A stretch of 64,000 nucleotides of DNA from Rhodosorus marinus CCMP1338 (lineage: Eukaryota > Plantae > Rhodophyta), in the NCBI GenBank assembly GCA_029953675.1, contig JAMWBK010000006.1, positions 2,294,001 to 2,358,000 on the forward strand. Reading direction: 5' to 3'. Of the stretch, positions 45,336-61,030 are shown in pieces. The notes under the pieces are model-generated. The model searched no databases, was not told the DNA's origin, and was given only the letters and a program-made list of their open reading frames with translations. Numbering within the stretch: position 1 is the first letter of the stretch; every line of letters starts with the position of its first letter. Position numbers and translations under genes: made by a program.

Positions 45336-46285
45336 AGTTGGCTCCCCGTTCGCAAGAACACCTCAAACGCACAGAAACGAAGTCACGCAATGCTCCCCAC
45401 TCCAACAGCTCCCCACTATCTCCAGCATACAAGTAGTCAACTCAAGAATTCACCGTCATCCTCTACATCCGATCCGCATCCTTCTTTGGTCCTTGCAGAA
45501 CTCTCCTTGAGTCCCTCTCAAAAATGAAATCATCCCCCGTACCAAGAGTTCCAACTATAAAATTCCCACTCCTTTCTCCTCCATACCCCCCAGCCCCGCC
45601 CCTCTCCACTCCGCCCCCGCACGCCCTTTTCTCATTTGATTTTCTCATGCTGCTTTTAGAAAAGTTCTTCACCCTCCCCCCCCCCCTGTTCTCTTTTCTG
45701 TATCTGTTGGATTAATTGAAGCCTTTGTGCTTGATTTTGAATATGTCCAATCGGATTCTTGGATTGCCACTGGTTTGGATCCTCGACTTTTTGGCAACGA
45801 TTCTTTTCGGGGGGCCTTTTCCCGCGTTTTCTTGATAATGACAGGGATTGGAGCAGTGGCTCGTGAAGGCGGAGTCTTGAGGTGCCCGTGTGAGAAGAAA
45901 CTCCAGGAGGCCTTTTAGAATCGCAACAGAATAGCTCGATATACCCGATTTGAATTAGGCTGCGTCGACGCGTAGTACGAGTCCTCCTAAACGACTTGGG
46001 TCGCAATAGTACGACAGGCTTGTGGGGAGCTTCAATCACTTTGGACCTGCCTAACTTGTCCTTGCTTCATGAGTATTCCCAAATTGAACTTTGGACGTGA
46101 ATATGTAGTTGTTTAAGGCTCTCCGGAAAGTAGCTACCCTGCATTAGCCTGGCACTGTAACCCCAGGTGGTGTTTCATAGTTATCAAGTATGGGAAAGTT
46201 AGTTTTGGACCGTGTTCGTCATGGACGCTTCCATTCGCGAGCTTCTCTTGTACAACAGTTCGTTTCAGTTCCAATGGATTTGTTA

Positions 46286-47214
46286 CTAGGTCCCGTCCGC
46301 GAGGTCAAAGATGGATGGGAACGGAGATTCCGGGGACCTTTGCAGCCAGTTTTGGGGACTCCACAAGCAGTCTTTGCTCTCAATGATATGAAAGGTGTAC
46401 GCAAGCCTGTCGGGATCCAAGAACAGTAGGAATCAGCGTCCCGATAAAGTACGTCATGAGGGGTCTTCGCTAATGCGCACCTTGTCCTTTGGCTTCTATT
46501 TGCTGCGCTTCTATGCAGAACTGCGCCGTGTATTAGGATGAGATCTCCTTCATTCATCGGCAAGCTAGCCCATGACGCTTCATCATACTTCCTCAGCGGC
46601 TGACCCGAAATCGCAGGCTTCTGTCCGGTTTCCGTCACGGCAAACCTTAGCTCGACAGGGTCATGATGAGAACCGGGGACTGCATATAAACATCCGTTTT
46701 CCGTGGTTGTATCTTCCAAGGCTATCCAGTAAGCCATGCATGAAGGTGGATCTGTCCACAAGAACGTGGAGTCCCTATGCGCTCGCACCTCCCCTCCGAT
46801 TCTAGGCTGCTTGAATATGAACATGCTCTGGACGACCGCGGGTTCCTTGAGCCCCAGACTTGTTGCAATATCACCGCATCGACCTGTGAATCGGCGTACA
46901 TCGGGGTCCAGCTCGTGCAAAGCGTGACCAATTTTGTTTACCGAATCTTTAAGCGGTCGCGTCAGGTTCCCACTTTCATCTAGAGCCTCTTCTTCTAGAA
47001 ACGAGGCTATGCCGTATGCTGAATCCATGAACTTGTCCCCAGTCTTCCTCGACTGATCATTGGTTGTGAATACTTCCGAACCCTCCAATTCGCTTGCATA
47101 CTTCCAAGCTACGTCTCGTAGTCTCTTCGTCTCTTCCAAAGAAGCACAGCCTCGCACGATCAAAAACCCGTCTCTCTGGAACTGTTCAACCTGTTCTTCA
47201 CTTAAGCCGACCAT
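46286..47214 (-). CDS. PHYHD1: Phytanoyl-CoA dioxygenase domain-containing 2OG-Fe(II) oxygenase; 2 exons
   Basis: FQRDGFL, NKIGHALH, QSMFIFKQPRIGGEVRAHRDSTFL (HxD), WIALED, NGCLYAVPGSH, LIHGAVLHRSAANRS and spliced tail LAYTFHIIE...NWLQ. Confidence 0.9.
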
Positions 47215-47921
47215 GGTACCTCAGATTCCTAGCCCATCATTCCTACCTCAGAGTACACACAAGTCCCGACTCCGCATCAGAAGCCAGCTCTCTTCATACC
47301 ACCTTCGCGTACGAGACGGTGGTTGCCCCCTACCTGGCCCCCTAGAGAAGTTCAGTCGACGCAGTTTTTAACGTGCGCGTGTCCAGAATTTTGACGACGT
47401 GATCTTCGTCACAAGCAAAGTTCCAGGTTTGCCCTTCACGACCCATTTGAGAAGGAGGGCGCTATTGCCGAGAGAGAACGGAGTGGGACTTGCTCAAACA
47501 GACGGTTCGGCTAAAAAAAATCTCTGCTAGTACACTAGGTGTATCAAAAGTTGGAGATATACAGGCGAAATACGATGTAACTGTGTTCTGTACTCCGACC
47601 CTCCCTGAACACTTCTGTAGAGTTGCTCCCTAGAGGATGTAGCTACTGGGTATTTGGCTAAGATTCTACAAAGCCCACAGAAGCTTCTCACTGCTTTCTA
47701 ACAGCCCGGGTAGGTTTCCCGGTCTTTCCTTCTTCAGCCGCACCCGTGTGCACCCAAAGCGCTTCCTTAAGCAGGGCTACGCGCAGGATATCTGGGTTTT
47801 CCGTCGAAGATGAAAAGCTTGTGAACTCTTGAACTCACAAGGGGTGGGGATTCTGAAAGCGGCATCGCTGGGGCACGCGTCGAAAGTGACAAATTTCGCT
47901 TCGTTTTTACTGGCAAGATAA

Positions 47922-51639
<3,718 letters not shown>

Positions 51640-52790
51640 CTTCACAACCGACAGGAAACACGAAAGATCTAATCAGATCTTCAACCCTCCTTTATCCAAG
51701 CAATCAATACAAGATCTCTATTTTTGCAATCTACCCTCCTCCAATGTCACACACCACGTCCATCCACCCTTCTCCTCACACCTTAAAACCCTTAAAATGG
51801 GCCATCAAACCCCGGCACACGTCCACACGTTCATGATTCGCCGTCCCGGGATTCGACAAAGAAAAACCAACAGTTTAGCAAACAAACCACCAAAACCACC
51901 AAACCACTAAAAAAAGGACATTCTACAGGTGCAAAAGCGGAAACATTATCGAAAAGGCATTCCCACAAAGGCACATCTTCTCCGTCAGATGCATTTTGTT
52001 TCTTGGATAAAAAATCAAGTGCATTGAGGATCGGGTTGTGAATCCAAGCGATGTTTCTGGAAGCCCAATTGGATAATGTAATGTAGAAGTCAACTTTTAG
52101 CGTCCCCAGTTTATCGTCCTCAGCGTCTCTAATAATAGAGCCAAAAAGAAAACAAAGTTTCTAGAAATTACCTGTGCACACCTGTTTCTGAAATTTTTCA
52201 TGTTTTTAAATTACTAAATATTCCTATTTCCGTTCTTTTAGTATTTACTAGGGTACCAACTACTTTTTGTATAGGGGTAGTCCAGGAACTGAGTTAATTT
52301 TGGCGGACGTTCATTTTGGGTGTGTAGCTTAAATAGTACGGAGCAAAGTTGCTAGGTTGCCTCCCCCCCAACTTGGTTCATCTAGATGTTTCTTGGTAGA
52401 GATTGATCTGAGTCAATATGGTTGGGTTGACTGATGCGAAAAATTGAGCTAGTCCTAGATGTTTGGACCTCGTCTTGGTTGTTCGTCGTTTGTCTTGACT
52501 AGCGCTGTGCCTTTGCTATTCACACCACCCCTGCAATAGATCCATTCTTTACTTGCATCCCAAAAGTCCAACCGTAAAACTGCTCTTGGCTGTCCAGTGG
52601 TTGCCTGAACGAACCCGTTCGCCAATGAATCGCGTTGAAAAGCTCGTTCTCCAAATCCATTTTTGCTCGAGGTAGGACACGTTCCCAAGTGGATGTACCC
52701 TGCACCGTTCAGATTATCAGCACGACTACGGGTTTTCGCTTGAGCTGGGAAGCGTATGGTTCTAGCGCTCGCTTTGTTTGTGCGAGAATC

Positions 52791-54106
52791 ATGAAGAGCA
52801 GCCATGGAGATGACGGCGGTGACGAGGCTTCCATGAGTAGTGACGATGAAGAATATGACCCTGGTAACCCTCAAATCCGTATCCGTCCCTCCTCGCCGTT
52901 TGTATGGAAGCGTACTCAAAATCACGGCTTTCCCTCGAAATATAGGAAAGGACCCTGACGCAGGGACAAGCGATCAAGACGGAAAACCTGATAGCCGCGA
53001 AAAGAAGGTTGCCAGAAAGAATGGAAAACCGAAAGGAAAGGGTTTGCTACTAGAAGAAGATGTCGATGAAACAGCACAGGAGACGACAAACGTCGTTGGT
53101 ACTAAAACTGGGTCGTCTCCACCTAAGGAAAAGATCAACGTGAGGTCTAGCGCTACGTTGCTAGTATATCCCCCTAGACCACGCCCTGAAACTTTTACGA
53201 TGCCCACGATCATGAATAGGAGGGCAAGGTAGAAGGAGCTTTGGGAGTGGTGGACAATGCGAATGGCGAGCAGCCACAAGAATCGAGCGCGAAAGATGGC
53301 GACAAGCCATCAAAATCAGAAACGCCCAAGCGGACCGCGATTGATGATATCTGGGCGTCGATGAACAAACCTATTCCCGTGAAGAAGAAAAAGAAGGCGC
53401 CCGTGGCGTTTGATAGCAGCTGGATTTCTCAGCCCTCCGCAGTCTCGCAGACAGCGGCCCCGAAGCCCGGTATGATCTCAAACCTTATAGCGTGTTTCTG
53501 AAAGAAGCATCTAGCAACCCGTGCTAACCCTTTTTTTTTCTCTGGGACAGGGAGTTTGGATATTTTGACGGATTCCGTCTCGACGAAACCATCAACTGAC
53601 CCAAAGCAACCTAAACAGAATCTTGATGATGCACATCCCAAACCGGCAGCTTCAAAGGTGAATTTCGGCTGTATTGCCTTTTTCCTGTGACGGAGTTTTC
53701 GCTGAACGCTGATATTGGGTCCTGGGCTCTATTAGAGCTGGAGTCGCCTTTGAGCGGAAATTCTGTGTTTTGAACGTTCTTCGTGCTCTCCGCGTTTTTC
53801 GTAGGGTCTTGAGGGCATAGTAGCAGACCTATCGTCGAGGAAGGCTTCAGTCATGGATCGCAGCAAGAGCGATTGGAAGGAATTCAAGGAGTCGAACAAG
53901 CTCCAAGATGAGTTGGAGGCGCACAAGAAGGATAAGTATGAAAACTAGCTTCCGCTGCCGTTGAACGAAACCCCTAGTCCGGGCGGAAAGAGCGCTGAAC
54001 CGGATTGCACATGTTTAGGAACCGTTTTACTGATCGTGTGGCGTTCCTCGATCGAGTGGATGTCCGAGAGTGGAAAGCAGAGCAGGAAAGGAAAAGACGA
54101 AGATAA
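52791..54106 (+). CDS. CFDP1: Craniofacial development protein 1 / SWC5 (BCNT-C domain), multi-exon
   Basis: Acidic N-terminus SSDDEEYDP and BCNT-C-like C-terminus GLEGIVADLSSRKASVMDRSKSDWKEFK...LEAHKKDKNRFTDRVAFLDRVDVREW. Confidence 0.85.
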
Positions 54107-55435
54107 TGAACTAACGCACATTGATCTATTGAAGAGCGAGGAAGCAATTAGGCTATCGCAGAACGGACGACATTCCAATCAGCGACGCGGTTCAAGGCTT
54201 TGAACTGAAGTGGATGAATGAGATCCGTGCAAAAAGTCTACTACCATGCACACGGTTGCAACTCCGCAAATAAGGCGAAGCAGCTTTACACCGAGGTCGG
54301 TGGCTAAAAGGGTCGCTTCTCCCGAGCCCCTAGCTTCCAAAATCCAAGGAAACACGGCGGTTGGCCTGAAAACTTGTAGGACGGCGCCCAGAACCTCTGT
54401 GCTTATTCAGGGGAGCTGTTGTTCCAGGCCAATAGCGCCCCCCCCAAGGACTTAACGGTTTTGATCATTTGAAGGGGACAGCAGAGGGAAGGGCATCTTC
54501 AATTTTCAGGAATCCTCATAAAACAAGCCCAAGAAAATGTCCCGGTGCTCAACATCAAAATATGCCAATGGCCCCACCAACTCGAACCACATCTATTTCA
54601 TACACATCCCAATGGCGTATAAAATTAAGAAAAAATTCCGACCAGGATGAACTCCACGCACAGCACTCATTACTAACAAAGTGTTTGGAATTTCACTCGA
54701 AATCCGCGATGATAGAGTTTGCTCTTTGTGAATACTAACTGGTACTATGTACATAAGAAACAAGGTTGCCTGGCGACCCCTATCAGCAGGGATATCTACC
54801 GGCATGAGAAAGAGGGGGTAATCAGGAGTGGAATCTATGGTCGTTGTCTACAAATTTCATAATATATTTTAGGACTAATGCTCCTTTCTTGCATGAAGCC
54901 TCTACATTCTATAGGAGGGGTAAGGAAAGTAGCTCCGAGTTCCACGTTGGTGGTTTGTAACAGATTATTTTATAGTGATTAAAGAAACTTGTTTTTCTAG
55001 ATATCGTCCACATTTTTAGATATTTTTTATGTTTTCTAGCGAACCTTCTGTTGGTGTTCCTAAGAATACTTACAATTTTTTTGATAATACAATTTTTTGC
55101 GAAACAACGGCTTTTGGGAGTGGAGGCGGTATATCTCAGCGTTTGTCCTACGAGAAAATTTTTTGAGGAGTGTTTAACTGGATAAGGCTTTCTGTTACTA
55201 TGAAAATGGAAAGCATAGTATTTATGAGGAAATTTGTTTTTAAGGAATTATTTGTATACGAATTCTGAGTTCCATGTCTGACACCAGACTCTAGCCATAT
55301 CATGGGGGTATAAAAGGCCAGTGGGTTCCAGAATGCTTACTGAACGTGTTGTGGGAGGGCGAAGAAGATAGGGAGAGGCTTGAAGGGGAGACCTTTTTTG
55401 TTGTTGATGTGTGAGGAGAGGGTGGTTGTAGAGAA

Positions 55436-56159
55436 ATGGTTGCGAGTGTAAATATCGAGAATATGGGTGACTGGAACGGAGTAATGAATCATTCTCGGAC
55501 CTCTTCTTTGGAGTCGATTCCGGACAAGAAGCATCTCAAGGTGGAGCTGTACAAAACTGAAATGTGAGTAGCTGTAGTGCAAATGAGAATGGGAGGAAGA
55601 TTGTTTAGTGTTGATTGTCTAAGGCTTGATGTTTGCTTGTTCTTTTTGCAGGTGTAGGTCTTTTGTTGAACGTGGATATTGCCCTTACGGAGAAAAATGC
55701 CAGGTACGTCGTAGAACACTTACGGAAGGGCACCAAGTGAGAATACTTCCTAGAAACATTCTAAGGATTTTTTTTTTGCTTTTCTTCTAAATGTTTAGTT
55801 TGCGCACGGTGAGCATGAGCTTAGACCGGTGACGCGACACCCAAAGTACAGAACGAAGAAATGCAAAAACTTTGCTGAGGTGAGCTTGTTCCCATCTTGC
55901 TTGCCGTAGATGAAACTAGCACTCTGTGGCGTAAAGGGTTAACACCCGATTTTTGTTTTGGATTTATCGAAAACAGACTGGCGTTTGTACCTACGGTGTT
56001 CGATGCCGGTTTATTCACGAGCGCACCGTGGCTAATCCATCTGAACTTTCAAGTATGCTGCATAGTCACGATGAAAAGATCGAGCGTGATAAACACCAGG
56101 AGAATGAAGGACATCAGAGACTTCCAGTGTTTGCACGGTTCCACGTGAGTACCGAGTGA
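55436..56159 (+). CDS. Tandem CCCH zinc-finger ARE-binding protein (TIS11/ZFP36 family); 4 exons
   Basis: [64 protein letters not shown], and a C-terminal RLPVF like the NOT1-binding motif of tristetraprolin. Confidence 0.93.
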
Positions 56160-57248
56160 ATTCGCGAAAGGAGAGACTACCGTTCCTTTCTCGTCAAATG
56201 CTTAAGCACCGTAATTCCATCCCTCGTCCCATGCAGAACAAGTAATGCGAGTTGCAAGACTGAGTGAGCGCGGCGGGAACTGTCCCGAGTACCGTGGAGT
56301 GACTTTTAACCAGCAACGGTGAACGTAGTATCATGTAGATATAGATACTGACAAGGGTGAAACTATTATATATTATCAATTGCATGTGAGCAAAATACTT
56401 ATTTAGAATGCGACAATAGGATATGTGAATGATTGAGTTGGCTTTGATAGCACAGAATGCGCGAGGATCTATAGATCAAGGAAATAAACATTGGGAATGA
56501 TCCCTGACTCGCGAACCCCTCAGAAGCTTCGAATTGTTCTTGCGAAGCTACGGACTCTGAAGACCATGATCAGGGTATGAAGTTTCAGGGCTTCGGCATC
56601 AAGAAAACTAGTACTTGGGTGAGTGGTCATTGCCATCCGTGACTTGAAACCTCGCCAAGTTTGGACGCGATTATTTTGCAATACAAGAGATCATGAGCAC
56701 GATGTAGTGTCAGTACCGGACTGGGTGGTGTCTGAGAAGGGAAGGCCCAGCGGAACAAAGTCCCCAAACTGTCTCCAAATTTCCTACTACGCGTGACCGA
56801 CATACAGACAAATACGCGTGAAGTGCATGCATTGAGCCCGGTCGGACATGGGTCTGCGGACCTCGTGTGACCCATCCCGGATGAATCTGAAGCACACCGC
56901 AGCGTTCAAGGGTTGCTTTACATTTCGGTCCGATTTGCCCTTTGAAAGGAATGTGAGAGTAAAATTGGTTTCAGTAGATCAAAACGATAAGGTTGTAGAC
57001 CCGGTCGTCTAGACAGCACACCAGTCGAGACGAGGATTCATCACAAGTAATCCAAAACTGTGCAGCTGAATCTTCAAAGCAGGTATTTCCAGTGTACCAC
57101 ATTGGTGTCGATTCATGTGAGCTGCGGCAAAGAAGTGGTGCCTTTGGGTCTGATGCGCTCGATGCGAATCGTGCATCAGTCCGAGATGCAGTGAGATTAA
57201 CGGAAACTCCCACTCTCTCGCTCTCTCGATGGAAATCTGGAAAAATGT

Positions 57249-58271
57249 TCAAGATATTGAACAGCACCTCTTTCTGCGGGCTCGTTGCTCTGCTTGCGCG
57301 GCGCTCTGCTGTTCGACATAGGCGGGCGGGGGACCCTGAATTACCCGAAGATTGTTCATATTCTCCTCATCCTCGCCTACCGTAGGATGCCTAGTGCTAT
57401 GCTTCCATTCACCGTCGACAATAAACTTGAACTCGTGCGTGCCAGCTGGAACCGGGGTTACAACGGACCACATGCCTCCTAATGCAACGGTGAATGTTTC
57501 TAGTGGTCAGGACATAAACCAAATTTCGAGATTGCACCATTTGAACGAATAGCTCCTCATTACCTCCTTCATGATACATTTGAATCGGCATCCAGCCATT
57601 CCAGGAGCCAGCGAGTTTTGCATCCTTTTCCGCTCCGTCTGCCCATACGAACTCCGTTTTCACGAGCACTTCGCCTTCTCCTAGAGGGTTCTGCGCTGTA
57701 TGCTCGCCTTGTACCATCGGAATACTGAACAAAGTTCCAATAGAGCAGTATGAACAGTCAGTGATAAGCAGAAGAATACGTCCTCATGCATGATCAGTTG
57801 TTCAGGGCGTTGGCACGTACTGAGGTCTTTGCTCCTACACATTTCCCAACAAGATATCCCACAGGAAAGAACGTGGAGTTTAGAAACAAGAACGATCGCG
57901 GGCCGTCATCGTCCCCTCACGTCATCGTACGGTAGAATCAATCAGGGGCAATCAGGGGCAATCAGGGGCAAAAAAAACATGAGTTGCTAGCTTACCACTG
58001 GTCCAGTATCCTCGTACTCCTCGAGCATTTCCCCGTCCCCTTCCTCCTCGTACTCTTCCTCATCGTCATCGTACTCATCGTCATCATCATATCCATCATC
58101 CTCCTCTACAACCTTGGGAGCAGGTGGTGGAGGGACTTGTACAGGCAGAGGTGGAGGGGCAGGTGCGTCAGCGCCCACGGGCATTGGCGGAGGCTTTGGC
58201 ACGACGCCACCTACTGGTGTCGCTTGAGCACCCGGTGGCCGCGGTGGGGGCGGAGGCGCTACACTCGACAT
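57249..58271 (-). CDS. Proline-rich/acidic protein with an AMPK-beta-type carbohydrate-binding module (CBM48) and C-terminal polybasic-CCSIS; exons 58271-57996, 57834-57821, 57724-57564, 57478-57249
   Basis: CBM48 motif TEFVWADG...LAGSWNGW...WSVVTPVPAGTHEFKFIVDGEW. The ORF ends RARRKRCCSIS-stop. All junctions are GT-AG and in phase. Confidence 0.82.
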
Positions 58272-59906
58272 CGATGCCTTCCAATCCAAAGTAGGAAATT
58301 TCTCCGATTCCCCTAAAAATTAATGCAACGCTCCGCCTTTCGGTACCCCAGATCGATTTTTCGCCTTTCAAAACTAGGACAGACCTGCTTGAGGCGACTC
58401 CTCATCAAACTGCGCACGATCGTGCTAAGCAACTTCGTCAGCTACCGCAAACACCCTCAACTTGCAACTCCGGGGCAATTCAAGGTCACCCCCGCCAAGC
58501 ACAGACACAGGGTCTACAACGCGCACCAACTATCATCAGGAGAATAATGATTGACTGGTTCCATACAATCCAAGAACTTTGAGGAAAACAACAAGCACGA
58601 GGGCAATCGCGAGGTTTTTAGGAAAAACAGATTTCCTTTAGGTCTCTTCTGCCCCAATTATGATCTCTAGGAATGACTAATATTGACCTTTTCGATGGTG
58701 TTGGTATTGCTTATGGACTTACTTCTTTCATCATCCAGGGGTTGATGGATTTCATCATAAGGAGTATTTAAAGTTTTTATTCAAGTATTCAAAGAAAGAC
58801 TTGCTTCATGGTTGGAAGCTCACTGTGAGTCTTTGCCTGCCAATGTCAAGTTTGTCTTCATGGCAACCCCTTGAATTCTCTTCCAGCCTCATTAATTAGG
58901 ATGATCGGCGCTTTAATTAGGAAAGATTGAATATCGAAGCCTTCTCAATATTGTTGTTACTTTATCAAGCCCTCGAAATTCTACTGTTTTGTTTTCTTTT
59001 TTAATAGTGAAGAAATCTGAAGCACCCTCCCCCCCCCCCCGCCGGGGATTTTGAACTCGAATTGACTGTGAATCGTTCGTTTTCTAGAGACCGTACTACC
59101 CCTCCCTCAATGGTTTTTGAATTCAACTTCTCACCTGATTGCATAGAATTTTTGATCGAAACAACACAAGAACAGGACGCAGTTTTCATTCATTCGATGC
59201 TTACATCCGAATGGGACACGTGGAAATAAACAGTTTGTTTTTGGGACTATCGTGGACTACATACATCTATGATTGGGTATTTTTTCATCGACTGGTTGAT
59301 GATTGGGTAAATTCGAATATTTCGCGTGGGCACGAGGTCTAGCCCGATAGCCCGAAAAGCAGGGGGGAAACGGCGCTCTATTACCTGAACCGCTTAGCAA
59401 AGTAGGGGCGGAAGGAGTCCCTCTGCTTGGCTTCAGAAGACGTGGGATTAATGAATTCCGCAATCCATGTTTTAGGTCGCTACACTACATGATCCCTCGC
59501 GTTGACGCATCGCTTTTCCAAGATGACGCAAGTGCAAGTAATGATTCATCTGAAAGCCAGGCGTCAACCTCGCTGAGTTGAGCACCGATGTCCTCCCACT
59601 ACTTATCTTTCTACAAGGCTATGCATTTGAAACCCGCTCAGCTCCTATCCGAAGCGTGGAAACCCAAAACCCGCAAGCCCAAACAAATCTACTGCGCATC
59701 TCCTGTAACGGATTCAGTACGGAGGTGCTCGTTACAATCGGCATTAGTTTCCGATCGGGAGGGCAGGTCGGCAGGAATTTGCTGAGGGAGGCTGTCGAGC
59801 GTATCCTTGTAAAAGCGTTGTAGGGCTTTTTATTGTTTTGCTCTGCATCTGAAGCGTTTGCACATCTCGACTTTGACTCTGTTCGGCGATTCTGCGGCGT
59901 CACGGT

Positions 59907-60581
59907 ATGAGCAAATACAAGCAGCTACGAGGGTCAGAGGCGGCGAGGAATCCATACTTGATCGATGAGAGGTACCCGTATGAACACTTCTACTCAGGAG
60001 AGCCTCGTTCTGGAACCTTAACTCCCTACAGCCTCAAGTTGCTTGCACATTTGATCATTCTCGTGGGCAGCGTTGTTGTGTGGGGAGATGTATCGAATTT
60101 TGCACTTACGGTGGAAACTTGCTCCGAACTGTGCGCCGCAATTGTTCCGTTTGCGCTCGTGCTCTCTGGCGTGGCCCTTGGATTTCTACTGTTGAACTTA
60201 ATGATACGGCTGGGCTACATGGTGAGCTGTGCGAAGCAGCGATTGGTGTTGGGGTCCCGAGCTGACCGCTTGCTGGAACTTACCCGTTTTCTTTCTTTTC
60301 TGTGTTCGCGTGAACAGTCGCGATTAGGTCCAGTAACGCATTTTCGGGAGTTTTTGTTCATATGCCTGCTATACACGCCCTTCACTGTCATTGTTGTGGC
60401 TATCGCGTCAGACCCTGGCGCTGCTATTTCAAATACGGGCCTTGCGATGGCCTGGATGTGCTTCTTCTTCGCTTTCTACGCAGCACTCAAGGCATTTCAT
60501 GTCTTCAAAGAACAGGATCAGCCTAGCTCCGAGGGTGACCACTACGGGATGCTTGATGAGGACAACTTCATTTATGGTTGA
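59907..60581 (+). CDS. Four-transmembrane protein (MARVEL/CASP-like topology), with a probable 96-nt intron at 60222-60317
   Basis: Four hydrophobic segments of TM length and an acidic, Tyr-containing tail. GTGAGC...GCTGAC...AACAG intron signals lie inside the ORF. Confidence 0.65.
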   Translation: MSKYKQLRGSEAARNPYLIDERYPYEHFYSGEPRSGTLTPYSLKLLAHLIILVGSVVVWGDVSNFALTVETCSELCAAIVPFALVLSGVALGFLLLNLMIRLGYMVSCAKQRLVLGSRADRLLELTRFLSFLCSREQSRLGPVTHFREFLFICLLYTPFTVIVVAIASDPGAAISNTGLAMAWMCFFFAFYAALKAFHVFKEQDQPSSEGDHYGMLDEDNFIYG

Positions 60582-61030
60582 GATCACCGATTCGATTGAA
60601 TTCCAAAGCGAAGGTCACGCGAGCTTGCTGAATATTCTAATTACCCCGCTTGTGAAAATGGGCTCACTCCGACATGGAACGTGTCAAAGTTCGATTCATC
60701 TTCTTCTCTCCATGCGGATTTTTTTGGGTTTGGTTTTTTTTTTATCAGAGTGCAGAGCCCAGGAACATGGTTCTGCGCGTGTGAGGTATGGTGACAGACA
60801 GAAAGGTACTCAGGTATTCGGTGTACAAGGTCAACCAAAAATCTGTCCGCTGATAGTCAAAAGTAGTAAATATCGAGCGAGCGCCTGAATTCTCAGAAGT
60901 TTCTCATCCCACCAAGAAAGTTCTTACCATAACGCGGATTGCCATGGGTCGTCCACTGCCCCGGGACGCTCATCTCGTTCAAAGCGCTGTACCGGACTTG
61001 TCCTCGGAAATTGTTATTGACCTTCTGATT

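Noticed and set aside
47653-47664. TTTGGCTAAGAT, resembling U2 snRNA
   Set aside because: It is not followed by the invariant CAAGTGTAGTA branch-pairing sequence, and there is no Sm site or U2 5' end.
56971-57267. Minus-strand 98-aa ORF downstream of the CBM48 gene, considered as a missing ASC-domain exon
   Set aside because: It has no similarity to the AMPK-beta C-terminal motifs and no convincing donor before the CCSIS stop. Treated as 3' UTR.
57940-57969. Three tandem copies of AATCAGGGGC in intron 1 of the CBM48 gene
   Set aside because: A simple 10-nt slippage repeat with no evidence of function.
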